This document shows positions 8,650-22,500 of a stretch of 64,000 nucleotides of DNA, in pieces. Origin of the DNA: Eutreptiella sp. 'Long Island Sound 2002'. Taxonomy: Eukaryota; Protista; Euglenida. The DNA is taken from contig OZ038379.1 in the NCBI GenBank assembly GCA_964036045.1, positions 14,570,001 to 14,634,000 of the forward strand, in the 5' to 3' direction. The notes beneath the pieces are model-generated. The model was not told the DNA's origin. It ran no database searches and was given only the letters and a program-made list of their open reading frames with translations. The first letter of the stretch is position 1; the number at the start of each line of letters is the position of its first letter. The translations under genes were made by a program, and so were the position numbers.

Positions 8650-11600
8650 TGAGTGATCCCTGGAGCATTGCCCCATCCTGTGCGTCGTCCCTTGTACAGC
8701 TCTGTGCTCAACACTGTGACCACCTACCCCCCCCCCAACCCATACATTGCTGAAACAGCCTTTTCTCACAGATTTCAAATAGCATACACATACCCCCCCC
8801 CCCCCTACGGAACGAATTTTTGGTACACTGGACGCAAACGTGAGAAAACCGTGTAAAATTGCGAATTTACTCCGTGTTGGCACATAACGGATGTCCCCGA
8901 GAGATATAGCATTGCAACGGATGTACAGGCTCCATTGCTCTGCAATATCTGGCACGTCAGACAGGCCCAACAGTTGTGCACAATAGTATGGTTCATCATG
9001 GACAGCAAGGGGCACCAACAGGCACGTCAGATGGGCAAGTCAGAAAAATTGCAGAAGACTTGCGATAACTTAAGGAAAATTGCGCAAAATTGTGGACCTC
9101 AACCCCCCCCCCCCCCCTGCAAGGTGCAGCACATGGCCAAACTTTGGAAATCACACAGTATAAGCCGAGCCCCCAGCGGCTGAAGAAGGCCGCAGGCGTG
9201 GCCCCTCACCCAAAGGTGGGGACACAAACTGTAGGTACGCTGTAGGATCGGTCCAAGCAGAGAGTATGCAGGGCCAAGAATCCACAAGTAGCAAACACTT
9301 CGCCCTGGGTGCAGACTCTCAAAAAATGCTGTCTGACCAGGGGGCTCAAAAAGGTCAGGTGTGGACCCGCCACTGTGCTCCAGCCGCGCCTGCCTTTGCA
9401 CGGCCTTCATCGCCTTCTCAGTACATTGCATGTTCGACTGGCCAGCAAATGTTCCATTGGCCCTGGGTTCTCCTCCTGGTGTTCTTGAGATCAGGGTAGA
9501 GTCAGGGACTGCATGGTTCAGGGCTTTATCGCCGGGTCACGCTGGCGTAGGTGCTGAGTGGGTCGTGGCGTCTATTTAGTGTTCCCTGTTGGCTCATATC
9601 TGATTTGAAGGCATGCTTGCGTGTGCGGGCCCCACTTGGCCACATACCTGTCGCTCAGTTTTGCCTGGACACGGAGGGTCTGGGGGGTGCAGTAGAGTCA
9701 GGGGTCACGCGTGTTTGGCCGCTACCACCGGCTCTTGTGTGTTGGTCCTTAGGATTGAAAAACCCCAGTGGGTACAGGCGTTTTGAAGTCAGTTGTAGCA
9801 AGGACACAGAGCCATACATTTCTGACGGGGGGGGGGGTTGCACCGTGTGCACATGGTGCTACATATCAGGGGCCAACCACCGTGCTGGGTATTTCAGGCC
9901 GTGACATCATCCGCCCCCTCCCCCCGGGAGGGCACTCCGGGCACAACACAATGCCACTTGGTCGAGACCTTCGGGCCACCTCTTCCCCAGACGGCAACTG
10001 AGCCAGGATTCACGCGCCTTCTTGCCATTTTGGCATGTCAATGGCATGCGGCATGACATGTAACATGCCCCCTTGTCATTGGCCGCAGGCTGAGCCACGG
10101 CCCCTGGGGTGAGGGGGTGACATTCACAAAGCAACAGCCTACTATCTGCTGACTGTGTTTTTTGACATCTGGACCAGATATCCTTTTCCTTTTTTCAGGG
10201 CATGCTGCTGGGTGTTGATGACTGCTGTCAGGAGTCCGGAACTGATTGAACAACCTTCAAAGCGGTTCCTGCTCAACGCCTCCTAGGTGGGTGCAACTGG
10301 CCCGTATGGTCCCCAGTCATACCCAATGTTTGCACCGTGTGCGCACCGTGCTAAGATCGCCCCTCAGGAGGCAGCTGCTGGACAAGCGGGTCGTTGCAAC
10401 AAAAAAAAAAGGAGGCAGGTACAGCAGGGCATGAGGAACCGCACTGCATGTGCTGCTCAGCCCCAGACACTCTGGCACCAAAGTAGCCGTACTGCACATA
10501 AAGGTATAAAGCACAAAATATAAGGCATATAATAGCCGTAAAGGTCGAGGAGGGACGCCTGCAGTGTGGTGACCAGGCACGAAGCCCCCAAACGACAGGG
10601 CCTGCGTACTCATCCCGTTTGGGGTTGGGTAAACATGTTGTGGGCGCCAAACACTTCCACCCCCCCCCCCCAACCCTCCTCCAGTGTCAGCACTGTTGGT
10701 GCATCTGCAGGTCTTTCCCGTTGCCTGATCACCGGCCTCCCAGGGCCGGCACCAAACCAAACCAAACCAGGGAAGGAAGGAAAGCACATTCAGGGGCATA
10801 GCCCTTGGACCATTGGGTCGTTTGGCCCCTCTCGTGCTCACGGGAATTGGATGGCATGAGAGAAGCCACCCTTGATACCGACAGAGCACAAGGCTAACGC
10901 AAACCAAACCAAACCAGGTCCTCTGGGGCCAACGACCAAAATAGCCCCCCCTTACCCATTGGGGCAAGCCCAGCTCACTCATCCAAGCCTTGACCACCCT
11001 GCACAGAGTATTGTGCCCCCCAATGAGTAAAATTGTCACATTGGGTGGAATACCACAATAACAACATGGTGCTTGGCACTGCAACCCAATGCTGTTTGTT
11101 TTGATGTGACTTTTCAGCGATGGCTAATGAGAGAAACGAAAGGACGGTGCGCGTGCGGTGCACACAGTTTTGCGCGCGCTATTTTATGAAAGCACTATTT
11201 TTTCATTTGGGCACTGCGGGCTGCAAACACCACTCTCCCACAAGCATAAGTAGAGCTTGTGGGAAGGCAGCGGGATCGAAAATTTGCTGTACCCACCTCC
11301 TTCGTCAAGAGGAGGCACACTTAAAGACCGTCGCCCCTGACGGTGATGGGCGTGGAGTTGTGAGCTTCGGGCTTGTCCCTCACTTCTGCTGAGGAGGATG
11401 ATGCAGATAATGAGGAGGAGGACTCCAACTGAGTGAACATCTGGAACCTCATAGGCCGCAGCACCCTGTGGGGCACCTTACAGGAATGAGCAACCCGTGA
11501 GGTTCGAACCGTGAAACGTGTCGAAATGCCTGATCCACAGGCTTGGGAACCCTGTGGGGCACCCTCTTTGTGCCGATTGTGCTCAACCCCCCCCCCCCCC

Positions 11601-13104
11601 CCCCCGCACAGAGGCTGTGGGCAGCTACAACCACCATGACATTGGTGAGGAGGTAGAGTGGAGGCCTTCGTTGTTGTATGCCAACCCAGGAGCCCTCCAC
11701 GTCCCTGCAAAGGAGGGGGAGAGCTGACCCAGGCGGCCCATGAAACATTCGATAGCCATGTAACAGCGGAGACCTCAAGGCAACATTTGGTGCAGGCCTG
11801 CTTTGTGCTGCGAGAGCAGCAAGGCAATGAACATCGAGACTGCGTTACATTGCACAGCGGTTACGTGAATGAGCCTGGCATGAGGTTAGGATCAGAACAC
11901 ATCGCATTACCTTTTCGAGCACAAACACTGTGGTCAGAATGAATCAGAAAGACGACGGTCAGACGGGGCCGCCGTGCTTAGCCATAATCCGATGAACACG
12001 CTCAACAAACTGTAAGCACTTCATTGTCTGGCATCTATGAGTATAGCAAGGTGCTTTAGACAAGCTTTTGCTTGTGCAAGGGTGGGGTAGGGTGGGGGGG
12101 GTGGGGGGATGGTCAGCGTGGGGGTTGGTTGGTTGTGGTGCTGATGCGTTGGCAGCAGGTTAAGTAGTAACCTGGTGAAGGTCTCCAGTGGAGTGCAGGG
12201 TGGTGGCAGCAGCCAGCACTCAGTACCAAGTGCTGCTTTGCTCTGCTGCCCAGGTTTTATACAGAGGTCCTTGAGCAATAAGATGTCAGTCAGACTGGCT
12301 TCCCACTGCAGTAACCGAATATATGCATTATACCCCTTCAACCAGGCCCAATCATTGAGCAGGCGAAAGAGACTCGAGCCTGCTCGACATGCAGAAACAC
12401 GTCAGGGCATGCAAGCATGAGGAAACAGAGTTTTGGGCGCCCCAATGCTCTCAGGGTTCTTCTGCAACCTGCGGCCATGCCGAGGGGTACCCCACTGAAG
12501 TCCCATCGTGTCAATCATGTCCGTCTCGCGTACAAACCAAACCAACAAGAAAAGCAACGGATATCACTTGTTTTCTGTGGTACAGCAAAGGTTGAAGAAA
12601 GAGGCCCTCAGCCCTCCAGCATACTGGCTCTGAAATGAAGATCCTTTGGTGCAAATTGAAGCAGGTTTTAGGGCTCCTACTGAGCACTAGCACCACTCCT
12701 TTCAGCTTCAGTGTGCTGTGCTAGATCGGCCACATCTCTTAAGAGACTTCCCCGAGAGAATTGAAAGCGCCTTACAACTCAGAACTTCTGGGCTACTCCA
12801 ATGTTCAAGGAGAAGGGAGGCAGGAGAGGGAATACCCAGCTCAGAGATGGAAACCCTGAGGGGATGTTGTTGCACTGCGTGGGCACTGCTTGTGCACTGC
12901 GTGCAGTGCCCACGCTATGAAACCTAGCCTCAGAGGAAGGGAGGAAACCACCCTGCATTTATGCGGGTGTTACAAGGGTCTTCATATTCTCTGTGGTTGG
13001 TGGCCGTGGCCAAGCACAGTCTGTTATGGCGTGAGTGTTTTGGAAGATGGTGGCAGCCTTCTAGGGACATAGGCATTCTGGCGTCTAGCTGTTCACAACC
13101 GCTT

Positions 13105-13569
13105 TCCCCCCCCCCCCATGTCGCCCCCCCCCCCCCCCAGGGACGACGGTTCCCCCCCACCCCGGGGGGATAGACACCATCGCCAACGAACAAACTACCG
13201 CTGCATGCTGCGCAGAATTTATGACCGATCAGTTGCTTGTTGTACGTCGTTTGGGTGCAGGTTTGGGTGCAGGTTTGGCAACTGTTGGTGCCTCCATGAT
13301 CACCATGAGGAGAAGGGCCTTGCACAACAGCCAGCACAGGCTCCTTTGTGGAACGAACATAGCGCACAATAGTGCCTTCAGGGAACATTTTGAGAGGTCT
13401 GAGGAGTGCAATGGGTTAGCACAAAGGAGGTACGCATAAGCTCTAACAACGAGCTCTCATAATTATGCAATCCTGTGCAATATGACATTGTTGCAATTTT
13501 TTTTGGAACCAGCCGGTGACCCCCCCCCCCCGGGGGGGGGGGATGGACACGTGGGAGGGGGGGGAAGGT
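13105..13569. mobile_element. 465-bp insertion with imperfect C-tract/G-tract inverted termini
   Basis: Absent from the paralogous site, where CCGCTT|ACATG is contiguous at 15657-15667. It begins TCCCCCCCCCCCCCCATGTC and ends GACACGTGGGAGGGGGGGGAAGGT. Confidence 0.65.
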
Positions 13570-13687
13570 ACATGCAGTAAGGGACCGCAGGACAGCCTCG
13601 TAGGACTGTTTTGCTAGGAAGTACCTAGCCGAACAGGCCGTATGTGCAGGATCACAGGGCCATACCTAGTCAAACAGGTTGTGCAGA

Positions 13688-15044
13688 CACCCCCCCCCCT
13701 TGTCCAAGCAACGGTAAATGACCAGAAATTGACGGAACCAACCTGAGTGTTGCTTGGCCATAGAACAGTGGAAAGTTCAGCGATAGGTCCCCACCAACAG
13801 ACCTACGCCCTCACTCATCAAGTATCACGCGGCGGAGCCGCGGCACACATTGTCCCATCTGTCCAGCAAGGCGCCGTTAGGCGCCGTCACACATAGTTCA
13901 AAGGAGTCCGAGAGCGCCACTGGTGCCCTCTCTCGCTGGGTACGTTCTGGCCTCTTTACCCAACCCCCCCTCCCTTCGGCGCCTCTTTCTACTGTCACTG
14001 ACATCCGTACTAAACTCGTCACTGTCACTCCCCATGGCCCTGCCCAACCGCGTATCACTGACGTCGGTATTGTATTGCTCCTCACCGTCCGAGCCAGACA
14101 GGGACTCCCCAATTTCCGAAGATGAGGAGCTTGTCGTGTCACTACTGGACCCCCCCCCCTGAGTCCACCTCTGGACCCGCTTCCCGGTCTGACGTCTCCG
14201 CCATGGGCTCCAGGCCCAGGGCATCCCACTCCGTTACTCGACGTCTCTTGGACAGGGGCAGCAGGTTATTCGGGTGCATCTCCCTGCCCTTCCCTGCCAG
14301 TTCGTCTGCCGCCTCGTTACCCTCCACACCGAGTGTTGCTTGGACAAGGGTGTTGCATACGTGCCACAACTTGCGTGATACACCTGTAGACCATCCTCAG
14401 GGGGTTTGAAGCGGAGATGGTGGTACACAAGCAAAAGGTTGACATGTGCCACAAAACACTTATGAGCAGTGATCATTGGAGACCAAAAACTGGCACATGC
14501 AGGTTAAAACATTGAACATTACGGGTCCACGGGCTCGGAAATGAAGCCCTTCTTGGTTAAGCTATAACGCATCGTGAACTGTTGGACATGCTTCTTCTTC
14601 TTGCCTTGTGCATCACCTCTTGCTAGAGGTTTCGGTGCAGGTTTTGGGGCTTGTTTTGGGAAGAAATTTGGGGCACAAACTGCAGCCACCATGTTTTGCA
14701 AACTCCTCATAGTCTGGGCAAGGGATGGGACTCTTGTCGGTCGGTTTCCGCTCATCGGCTTTGTCACTAATCCATCCACAATATTGTTGCGACATCCACC
14801 TTTCGAAGTTACCACCTATCTCAACCTTATCACAAGCGGCAGCCCTCCTGGCCAACAGAGCTGCCTTGACACAAAATATGAACAACGTGCATCTCAAAAC
14901 CAAGGTATCGGGAAGCACACATGGCACACAGTAGAACGAATTGAAAAACGCACGGCCAAAATTAACGGTGCAAAAATTGACGGAACCAACGCCTAGTCTT
15001 GCTTGAACATAGGCGTTGCTTGGACAAGGGGGAGGGGGGGAATT
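13688..15044. mobile_element. About 1.35-kb insertion with inverted termini (C)nCTTGTCCAAGCAACG ... CGTTGCTTGGACAAG(G)n
   Basis: 15-bp perfect inverted match at 13699-13713 and 15014-15028, flanked by C and G tracts. The empty site GTGCAGA-TATG-ATCATGACC is at 15774-15793. Confidence 0.7.
14142..14369 (-). pseudogene. RNase H C-terminal fragment (retroelement-type)
   Basis: GVEGNEAADELAGKG (about 14290-14331) matches the H-x-G-x-x-GNE-x-AD-x-LA motif of RNase H1-type domains in non-LTR elements. An acidic Ser-rich tail follows. Confidence 0.65.
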
Positions 15045-17339
15045 ATCATGACCAGTCGGATAGGCGGTGTATGTACGATGGCGCAAAGCCTGGTCACACA
15101 GGCGGTGGATGTATGATCAGGGCAATACCTGGTCAAATAGCTAGGGGCACTCCGATCGCATGGGCGATTTACAACCCCCCTCCAAAATTGGCGAACCTGC
15201 GGGCATGCCGAGGGGTACCCCACTGAAGTCCCATCGTGTCAATCATGTCCGTCTTGCATACAAACCAAACCAACAAGAAAAGCAACGGATATCACTTGTT
15301 TTCTGTGGTACAGCAAAGGTTGAAGAAAGAGGCCCTCAGCCCTCCAGCATACTGGCTCTGAAATGAAGATCCTTTGGTGCAAATTGAAGCAGGTTTTAGG
15401 GCTCCTACTGAGCACTAGCACCACTCCTTTCAGCTTCAGTGTGCTGTGCTAGATCGGCCACATCTCTTAAGAGACTTCCCCGAGAGAATTGAAAGCGCCT
15501 TACAACTCAGAACTTCTGGGCTACTCCAATGTTCAAGGAGAAGGGAGGCAGGAGAGGGAATACTCAGCTCAGAGATAGAAACCCTGAGTCTCATCCCTCC
15601 CAATTTGTATTCTGTGCTTTTGTTTGATGGCTGATATAGCGTCTATCTGTTCACAACCGCTTACATGCAGTAAGGGAATGCAGGACGGCCTCGCAGGACT
15701 GTTTTGCTGGGGAGTACCTGGCCGAACAGGCCGTATGTGCAGGATCACAGGGCCATACCTAGTCAAACAGGTTGTGCAGATATGATCATGACCAGTCGGA
15801 TAGGCGGTGTATATACGATGGTGCAAAGCCTGGTCACACAGGCGGTGGTTGTATGATCACAGGGCAATACCCGGTCAAACAGCCAGAGGCACTCCGATCG
15901 CATGGGCCACCCTCCAAAATCGGCGCAGAAATCCCAACAAATCGGCAGAACAAATCGGCGGACCGATTTTTCGGCAAAAAAACAGCTTCCCAGTGACCTG
16001 GATCTCGGTCCAAGGACCCAGACACATGTTCCTTTTGATTGCCATGTGGTTCAAGTCATGTGGAAACCCAAAATGTCTCTCAATTTTCGGAAAACAAAAT
16101 TTCATACCTCAGTCTGTACATGGTCCTTGAGCAGTAGTATGCCAGCTGCAGTCATTACTCTGGTGGTAAGCACAGTGTGTTGGTTTGCTCAGAATGCTGG
16201 TTTTATTCTCACTGTAAAATTTTGTCATCCTGCAGCAGTCAATGTGATGAAAAAATTGCTTTTTGATGCACAAACAAAGGCTGCCACAAGAAGACAAAGG
16301 CATGTGCAGCCCAGAAACCAACGAGTGGGGGGCTGATGACGAGACGCCTGAAGAACGGTGGCCGAAGAACCAACTGAGGTGTACAGAGCGAAGACACAAG
16401 TCGCAAACTGCACCTTGACCAGCATCAGGGTACTTGTCCCGCAGGAGAGTTTGACCAGTGGGGGGACAACGAATCCCAGGGGAGCAGAGGCACGTGTCAA
16501 TCTGAAACAACAGATGTGAAAGGATATGACGTATCCAGTGTCACAAAGGAAATGATGCACGTCTCAGAGTGACGCCTCCTGCGAGTGAAGCATGAGTCAG
16601 GTGTCCAAGAATCCCAGAAACACGGCGGGGGCGATTCCTCGGGTTTGGACGCCAACAACCCCCCCACTAACCATTGGCCGGAGGCCCCTTGCGGGGGGGG
16701 GGGGGGGGTATGGGAGGGTCGGTTGGGGGGGGGGGGTCCAGGTGGGGGGATTTGGGGGGTACATGCCCCCGCAGGCCAAGCGTTGGTCAATCACAGGCTC
16801 CCCTTACGTCCCCTTGCCCTCCCTCTAACCATACCACCATCCTAAACCTAACCCTAACCTTTGCAGCGAGCTGGTCCGGCCATGCCAGCCATGTTGATTA
16901 GGCTGAGCAAAATCACTTTGGGGGGGGGGGGGGTAGTTGGCGTCCTAGGACCCGCGAATTCCCCCCCCCCCCGGGCCCAGAAACCCCAACGAATCGGCAG
17001 AACGAATCGGCAAAATCTCAGAAACCCAACGAATCGGCAGAACAAATTGGTGAAGTCGGCCGAGTTCGGCCGCCGGTTTTGGGGGCATCAAGCAACGGAT
17101 ATTTAGCTCCCGAAAGGCCCCCGTGACACACACCAAACGGTCATTCAGCTTTCATTGTCCAAGAGTACTGCCCGTTGCAATGTTTTGACACCACACCAAT
17201 TTGTTTGTTTCTCCTCAGGCGGGTTGAGCTCAAGGATAGGGTAAGCCCAAGCGAGGCCCAACCCCCAAACCCCCACACCCGTCGGTAATAGGTTGGCCCT
17301 TGCCAACACCCAATTTTGGGGGGAGGGGGGGGTTGGATA

Positions 17340-17548
17340 TATGGTCAAACAGGCCATTTCAGAGGGGTGTACCTGCTCCAACAGGTTGTGCAGGTATGAT
17401 CACAGGACACGCCCTGGTCAGATAAGCGGTGGATGTACGATAACACGGCAATGTTCGGTCAAGAAGGCAGAGTATGTCTGGTTACGGCAAAGCCTGACCA
17501 AACAGGCGGTGGATGTATGATCACAGGGCAATACTTGGCTTAACAGGC
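17340..17548. repeat. Degenerate 41-bp-unit repeat family; also in 13570-13687, 15045-15166 and 15663-15906
   Basis: The unit CCTGGTCAAACAGGCGGTGGATGTATGATCACAGGGCAATA recurs in tandem with about 40-41 nt spacing. Confidence 0.75.
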
Positions 17549-19537
17549 ACAATATGCATGTCCCAGGAGGTCGACCGTGCCCAGGACACGCAAATGGCGC
17601 TCGCAGGCAAAAGCATAGGGAAATGTACAGCCGTGGTTTTGGGACCATTAGCTTCGTGCATTTGAGGCGCGCCCACCGGAGTGGACATTCCTGGAACATC
17701 AGTTGATCAGACTGTATCACGTATGCAGCTGCGGCAACCACGGCCAGACAAACCAACCAAAGAGGGACTCAAGGTTGAGAAAGCGAAAAACAGGGAGAAC
17801 AGGAGAGAGGACCGTCGTGTTAGGCACATCTACGGAGATGGTGAGCCTGTCAGCTGGGCGGCATCGGAACCATCCAGCAAGCTGGGGGACACAAGGGTAG
17901 TCCGGTGGAGCTACAGCCGACGCACAGTGCACCGCGGGAAGGCCAGACGGGTGCTTTTCAATAGACCCGTGCTACTGCGTCCACTGACCGGCAGAGAAGT
18001 TCGGGGAAGAATAACGAGTGAATTTCTCCAGTTTACAGAGTACAACTGCACTGCTGTACATACGGTGTGACGGGCTTTCCTTTCACCTGAATCCGTCCCT
18101 TGTGATGCTCTGTGCCTCCATGATTCATTACATGAATATGCGTTTGTGGTCATGTCCACGGCATGCCAGTACCGCCGAGCAAAATTCCAGGACACACTAT
18201 CTGATTAGGTGCACGGCACGGAGGTGTGGGAGAGGAAAGCAGACTTGCAACAAGAAGGATGTTTTTTGTTTGTGGCTGTCCTGCCTTTGTGCCCAAGGCA
18301 TAGATCACTCCATCTGTGCATGGTGCATGGGTGGGAACCGTTCAACATACCACCTATTTTGTGCAGATTGTGTGCAGGTTGTGCGCAGATTGCACACATG
18401 GCCTCCATCCCCAATGCAATACCTGTCTGTACAGCATGTAGGGGCCGCTGTTGGCCCGCTGCCAATATGGCTGAGTAGCATCAGCCCTGCAGCAAGAGTT
18501 GTTGGACCTTTATCAGATTTTGAAGGTTTGATGTCAACTATTCACGTCTGTCTTCAAGAGTGAAAGCGCTGCGCAAGCTGCACCCCCTGCTGACCAGTAA
18601 TACACATGCTTCCTCCACACAGTCACCACTATCTGCCGAGGTCCCCCTGCAGATTGTGCTTTGTGCTTCATCCTACAGTCCTGGACTGCAGGGAGTCACA
18701 TTTGATTTCGACACAGGTTTGTAGCCCTTCATGACACCGTCAACTCTTGTTCGTTGAGAGTCAGTATCATCGGGAGCAATGCGACTCAAAATTGGGGAGG
18801 CTTTTCTTTGGGTGATTGCGACAACAAGGTGGAGGCCACCAGCACCATCGAAAAGCTGCATGTTTGAGAGCATTCATTGTGATTCTATGAGTTTGAAGCA
18901 GTTAAGATGAATGAACGTTAGTTCAAAATGTGTGGGCCACTGCAGAACGCACTGTGATCACACCAAGTGTAGCATCGAAAGTGCCCCTCAGAGACGGTAC
19001 ACTGATGACTTGAGCGCCTGGAGCCAGTAGTATTGTTGGGCCCATGAAGACGCTGACACCCCGCTCAATGATCTACGATACGATGTACATGAGGCTGTAG
19101 CTCAGGACCTTCAATAAATTGGCACTCAGGGGCTGAAGCCATTTTCTGAGAGTTTGGAGGGTCTGAGAGTTTGGAGAGTGTTTCGGGTGTTGGTACGCCC
19201 GTGACAGGACGATGAATCTCCAGAGGGAGAGTCCACGGCTCATCATATCTTATATGAGGGCTAAGACTGGAACTTCGTCTCATGGGTGCAGACAACAAGA
19301 GGGGAAGCCACGACCTACACGGAATGGCAGTTGTGCCCTTGGTCTGCTTGGCAAAAAATCGGGTTACCCCGAAGTATTGGTTTTCTTTTCTTTTTTCTTT
19401 CAGCCTCTCCTGATGACTGTTCTGAGCTGATGCAGGTTAGGGTTACGCACCCGGAGGACTACAAAGCGGTATGTCTGATGAGGAGTTGGAATAAGCTCAT
19501 GAAAGGGCTCATGTGTGGTCGAGGGAGAGTGCGACAA

Positions 19538-22500
19538 TCATTGACCGCAGGCGAGCGCGAGCTGTGCTGCACAAAAGCCAGCCTCCTTCAATTTCGTAGT
19601 AGCAAAACCCACTTCCTTGAGCTGCCAGGCATAAAAACCAGCCTCCTTGAGCTCCCAAGCGTTGAAGCCCGCCTGCTTCAATTGCTTGCAACCAAACCCA
19701 GCCCCCGTCAGCTGTGCAGCATCATAGCATGCAATCTTTAGCAGTGCCGCACTAAATCCGGCATCTTTCAACTCCGCCGCATCAAAGCCTGCCTCTTTCA
19801 GCTGCAGTGCATCATAGCCAGCCAAGCGGAGCTTCACGGCATTGAAGCCAGCTTCCTTCAACTGTGTGGCATCAAAGCCGGCCTCTTTGAGCCTATCCAC
19901 ATCGTGGCCAGCCCACGCGAGCTGCGCAGCGTGGCAGCCAGCTTCCTTTAACTGCACGGCACTGAAGCCAGCCTCCGTCAGCTGGACAGCATCATGCCCC
20001 ACAGTCTTGAGTTGCATAGCATTGAACCCGGCGTCCTTCAACTGTGCGGCATCAAAGGCAGCCTCTTTGAGTTGGCTGGCGTTAAACCCACCCTCCTTCA
20101 ACTGCACAGCATTGAAGCCCACCATCTTGAGCTGCATAGCATGAAAGCCTGCCTTCTTCATCTCTGCAGTGCTGAGGCCAGCCGCCTTCAGCTGCTTAGC
20201 AGTATAGCCAGCCATCTTGAGCTGCACGGCACAAAAGCCAGCCATGCTCAAGTGCGTGGCATCAAACCCAGCCCGCTTCAGCTGTGTGGCATTGTAGCCG
20301 GCCTCCTGCAGCTGTTCAGCAGTGAAACCGGCGGCAGCAAGCTGCGCGGCACTGAAGAGCCCCTTCAAATCTGTGGCAGCAAATCCAGCCTCCTTCAGCT
20401 GCACTGCAGCATAGCCAAGCGTACGGAGCTGTGCAACGTCGAAGTCAGCGTTCTTCAGCTCGGTAGCATCAAAGCCAGCGTCGTTGAGTTGCACTGCATA
20501 ATAGCCAGCCACTTTGAGCTGTGCAGCATTAAACCCGATCTCCTTCAACTCTGCAGCATCGAAGCCAACCTCCTTGAGTTGCACAGCGTCGTAGCCGACC
20601 AATTTGAGCTGCGCAGCGCTGAACCCAGCCTCCTTCAACTCTGTGACACAAAAGCCTTCGTTTCTTAGCTGCTCAGCAGAATAGCCAGCTAACTTGAGAT
20701 CCCAAGCGCTGAACCCTGCCTCCTTCAACTGCGTGGCATCTAAGCCTCCCTCCTTCAACTGTGCAGCAGTATAGCCAGTCAACCTGAGCTGTGTACTTTC
20801 GAAGCCAGCCTCCTTCAGCTGTGTGGCATCAAAACCAGCTTCCTTCAACTGCCAGGCATAAAACCCCACCTCCTTCAGCTGTCTGGCATCAACTCCAGCT
20901 TCCTTAAAATGTTTGGCGCCGAAGCCTGCCTCCACGAGCTGCGCAACATCATAACCAGCCAACCTAAGCTGCGCAAAAGTGAAGCCTGCGTCGGCCAACT
21001 CCGCAGCATAATGGCCAACCTCTTTCAGCTGGGCAGCATCATGACCTCCCGACTTGAGCTCAACAACGCTGAAGCCTGCCTTTTTCAGTTGCGCAACATC
21101 AAAGCCAACATTCCTCAGCTGTTCAGCACTGTACCCAGCCAACTTGAGCTGCATGGCGTCAAAGCCAGCCTCCACCAGCTGCGTGAAGTTCAAGCCAGCC
21201 TCCTTGAGCTCAGTTGCTTCAAAGCCTGCCTCCTTGAGCTGAGTGGCATCAAGGCCAATCTCCTTTAACTGCACAGCATTATAGCCAGCCTGCTGGAGCT
21301 GCGCGGTGCTGAAACCAGCCTTCTTCAACTGCGCGGCACCAAAGCCAGCCTCTTTCAGCTGCGCAACAGCAAAGCCAACCTTCGCAAGCTGCACAGCGTC
21401 AAATCCTGCCCCCTTCAGTTTTGCAGCATCAAAGCCAGACTCCTTCAGCTCTGCAGCATCAAATCCAATCAACATCAGCTGTGCAGCATCAAAGCCAGCA
21501 TCCTTCAACTGTGCTACACCAAAGCCAGCCTCTTTCAGTTGGGTGGCATCAAACCAAGCTTCCTGCAGCTGCACAGCGCTGTAGCCAACCATCTTGAGCT
21601 GCACGGCGTCAAAGCCAGCCTGCCTCATCTGCGGGGCATGGAAGCCAGCCTCCTTTAGCAGTGCAGCATCATAACCAGCCAACTTGAGATTCATGGCATT
21701 GCAGCCGGCGGCTTTCAGCTCTATGGCATCAAAACCTGCCTGCTTCAACTCTGTGGCGCTATAGCCAGCGTCCTTCAGCGGTATGGCTGCAAACCCCCCC
21801 GTCTGCAACTGCGCGGCGCTAAAGCCAGCCCTCTTCAACTGTGTTGCATCAAAACCAGCCTCCTTCAGCTGCGCAGCGTCACAACCAAGCGTTTTGAGCT
21901 GCATTGCGCTGAACCCAGCCTCCTTCAACTCCGTGGCACTCGTGGCATCAAGGAAGCTGGACTCGTCTGTATCCCTGTTCGACTGGGAAGCCCCAAGGCC
22001 AGCCTCGTGCAATTCCATGGCGTTGGCAGCCAACATCAGCTGTGCAACATGGAAACTGGACTGCTTCACCTGTGTGGCATCAAAGCCTGCCTCCTCGAGC
22101 TGTGCGACCTTAAGCCCAGCCAATCTCAGCTGTACAGCGTCGAAGCCAGCCTCCTTCAGTTGTGTGGCATCAAAGCCTTCTTCCTGGAGCTGGGCCGCCT
22201 GAAACCCAGCCAATCTCAGCTGTACAACATCGAAGCCAGCCTCCTTCAGTTGTGTGGCATCAAAGCCTTCCTCCTTCAGCTGTTCCGCCTTAAACCCAGC
22301 CAATCTCAGCTGTACAGCGTCAAAGCCAGCCTCCTTCAGCTGCCAAGAATCAAACCCAACCTCTTTCAGCTGCCAGGCGTGAAATCCAGCCTCCTTTAGC
22401 TCCCATGCATGAAACCCAGCATCCTTCAACTGCCTGCAACCAACGCCTGCCTCCGTTAGCGGTGCAACACCATAACCAGCCACCCTTAGTTGCGCTGTGC

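Larger units (their letters stand above)
12466..15906. repeat. Tandem segmental duplication of a unit of about 710 bp; the first copy is expanded by insertions
   Basis: 12466-12860 matches 15194-15588 (395 bp, near-identical). 13081-13104 matches about 15639-15662, 13570-13687 matches 15663-15780, and 15045-15166 matches 15785-15906. In the second copy the last three blocks are essentially contiguous. Confidence 0.9.

Noticed and set aside
11470-11560. GGTTCGAACC B-box-like motif suggesting a tRNA or tRNA-derived SINE
   Set aside because: No cloverleaf and no convincing A-box at the right spacing.
16843-16860. CCTAAACCTAACCCTAACC telomere-like run
   Set aside because: Only about three imperfect units; too short to call interstitial telomeric sequence.
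18330-18450. CAGCAQIAHMASIP resembling a CCHC zinc knuckle of LINE ORF1
   Set aside because: The last Cys is missing and no adjacent endonuclease or RT was found.
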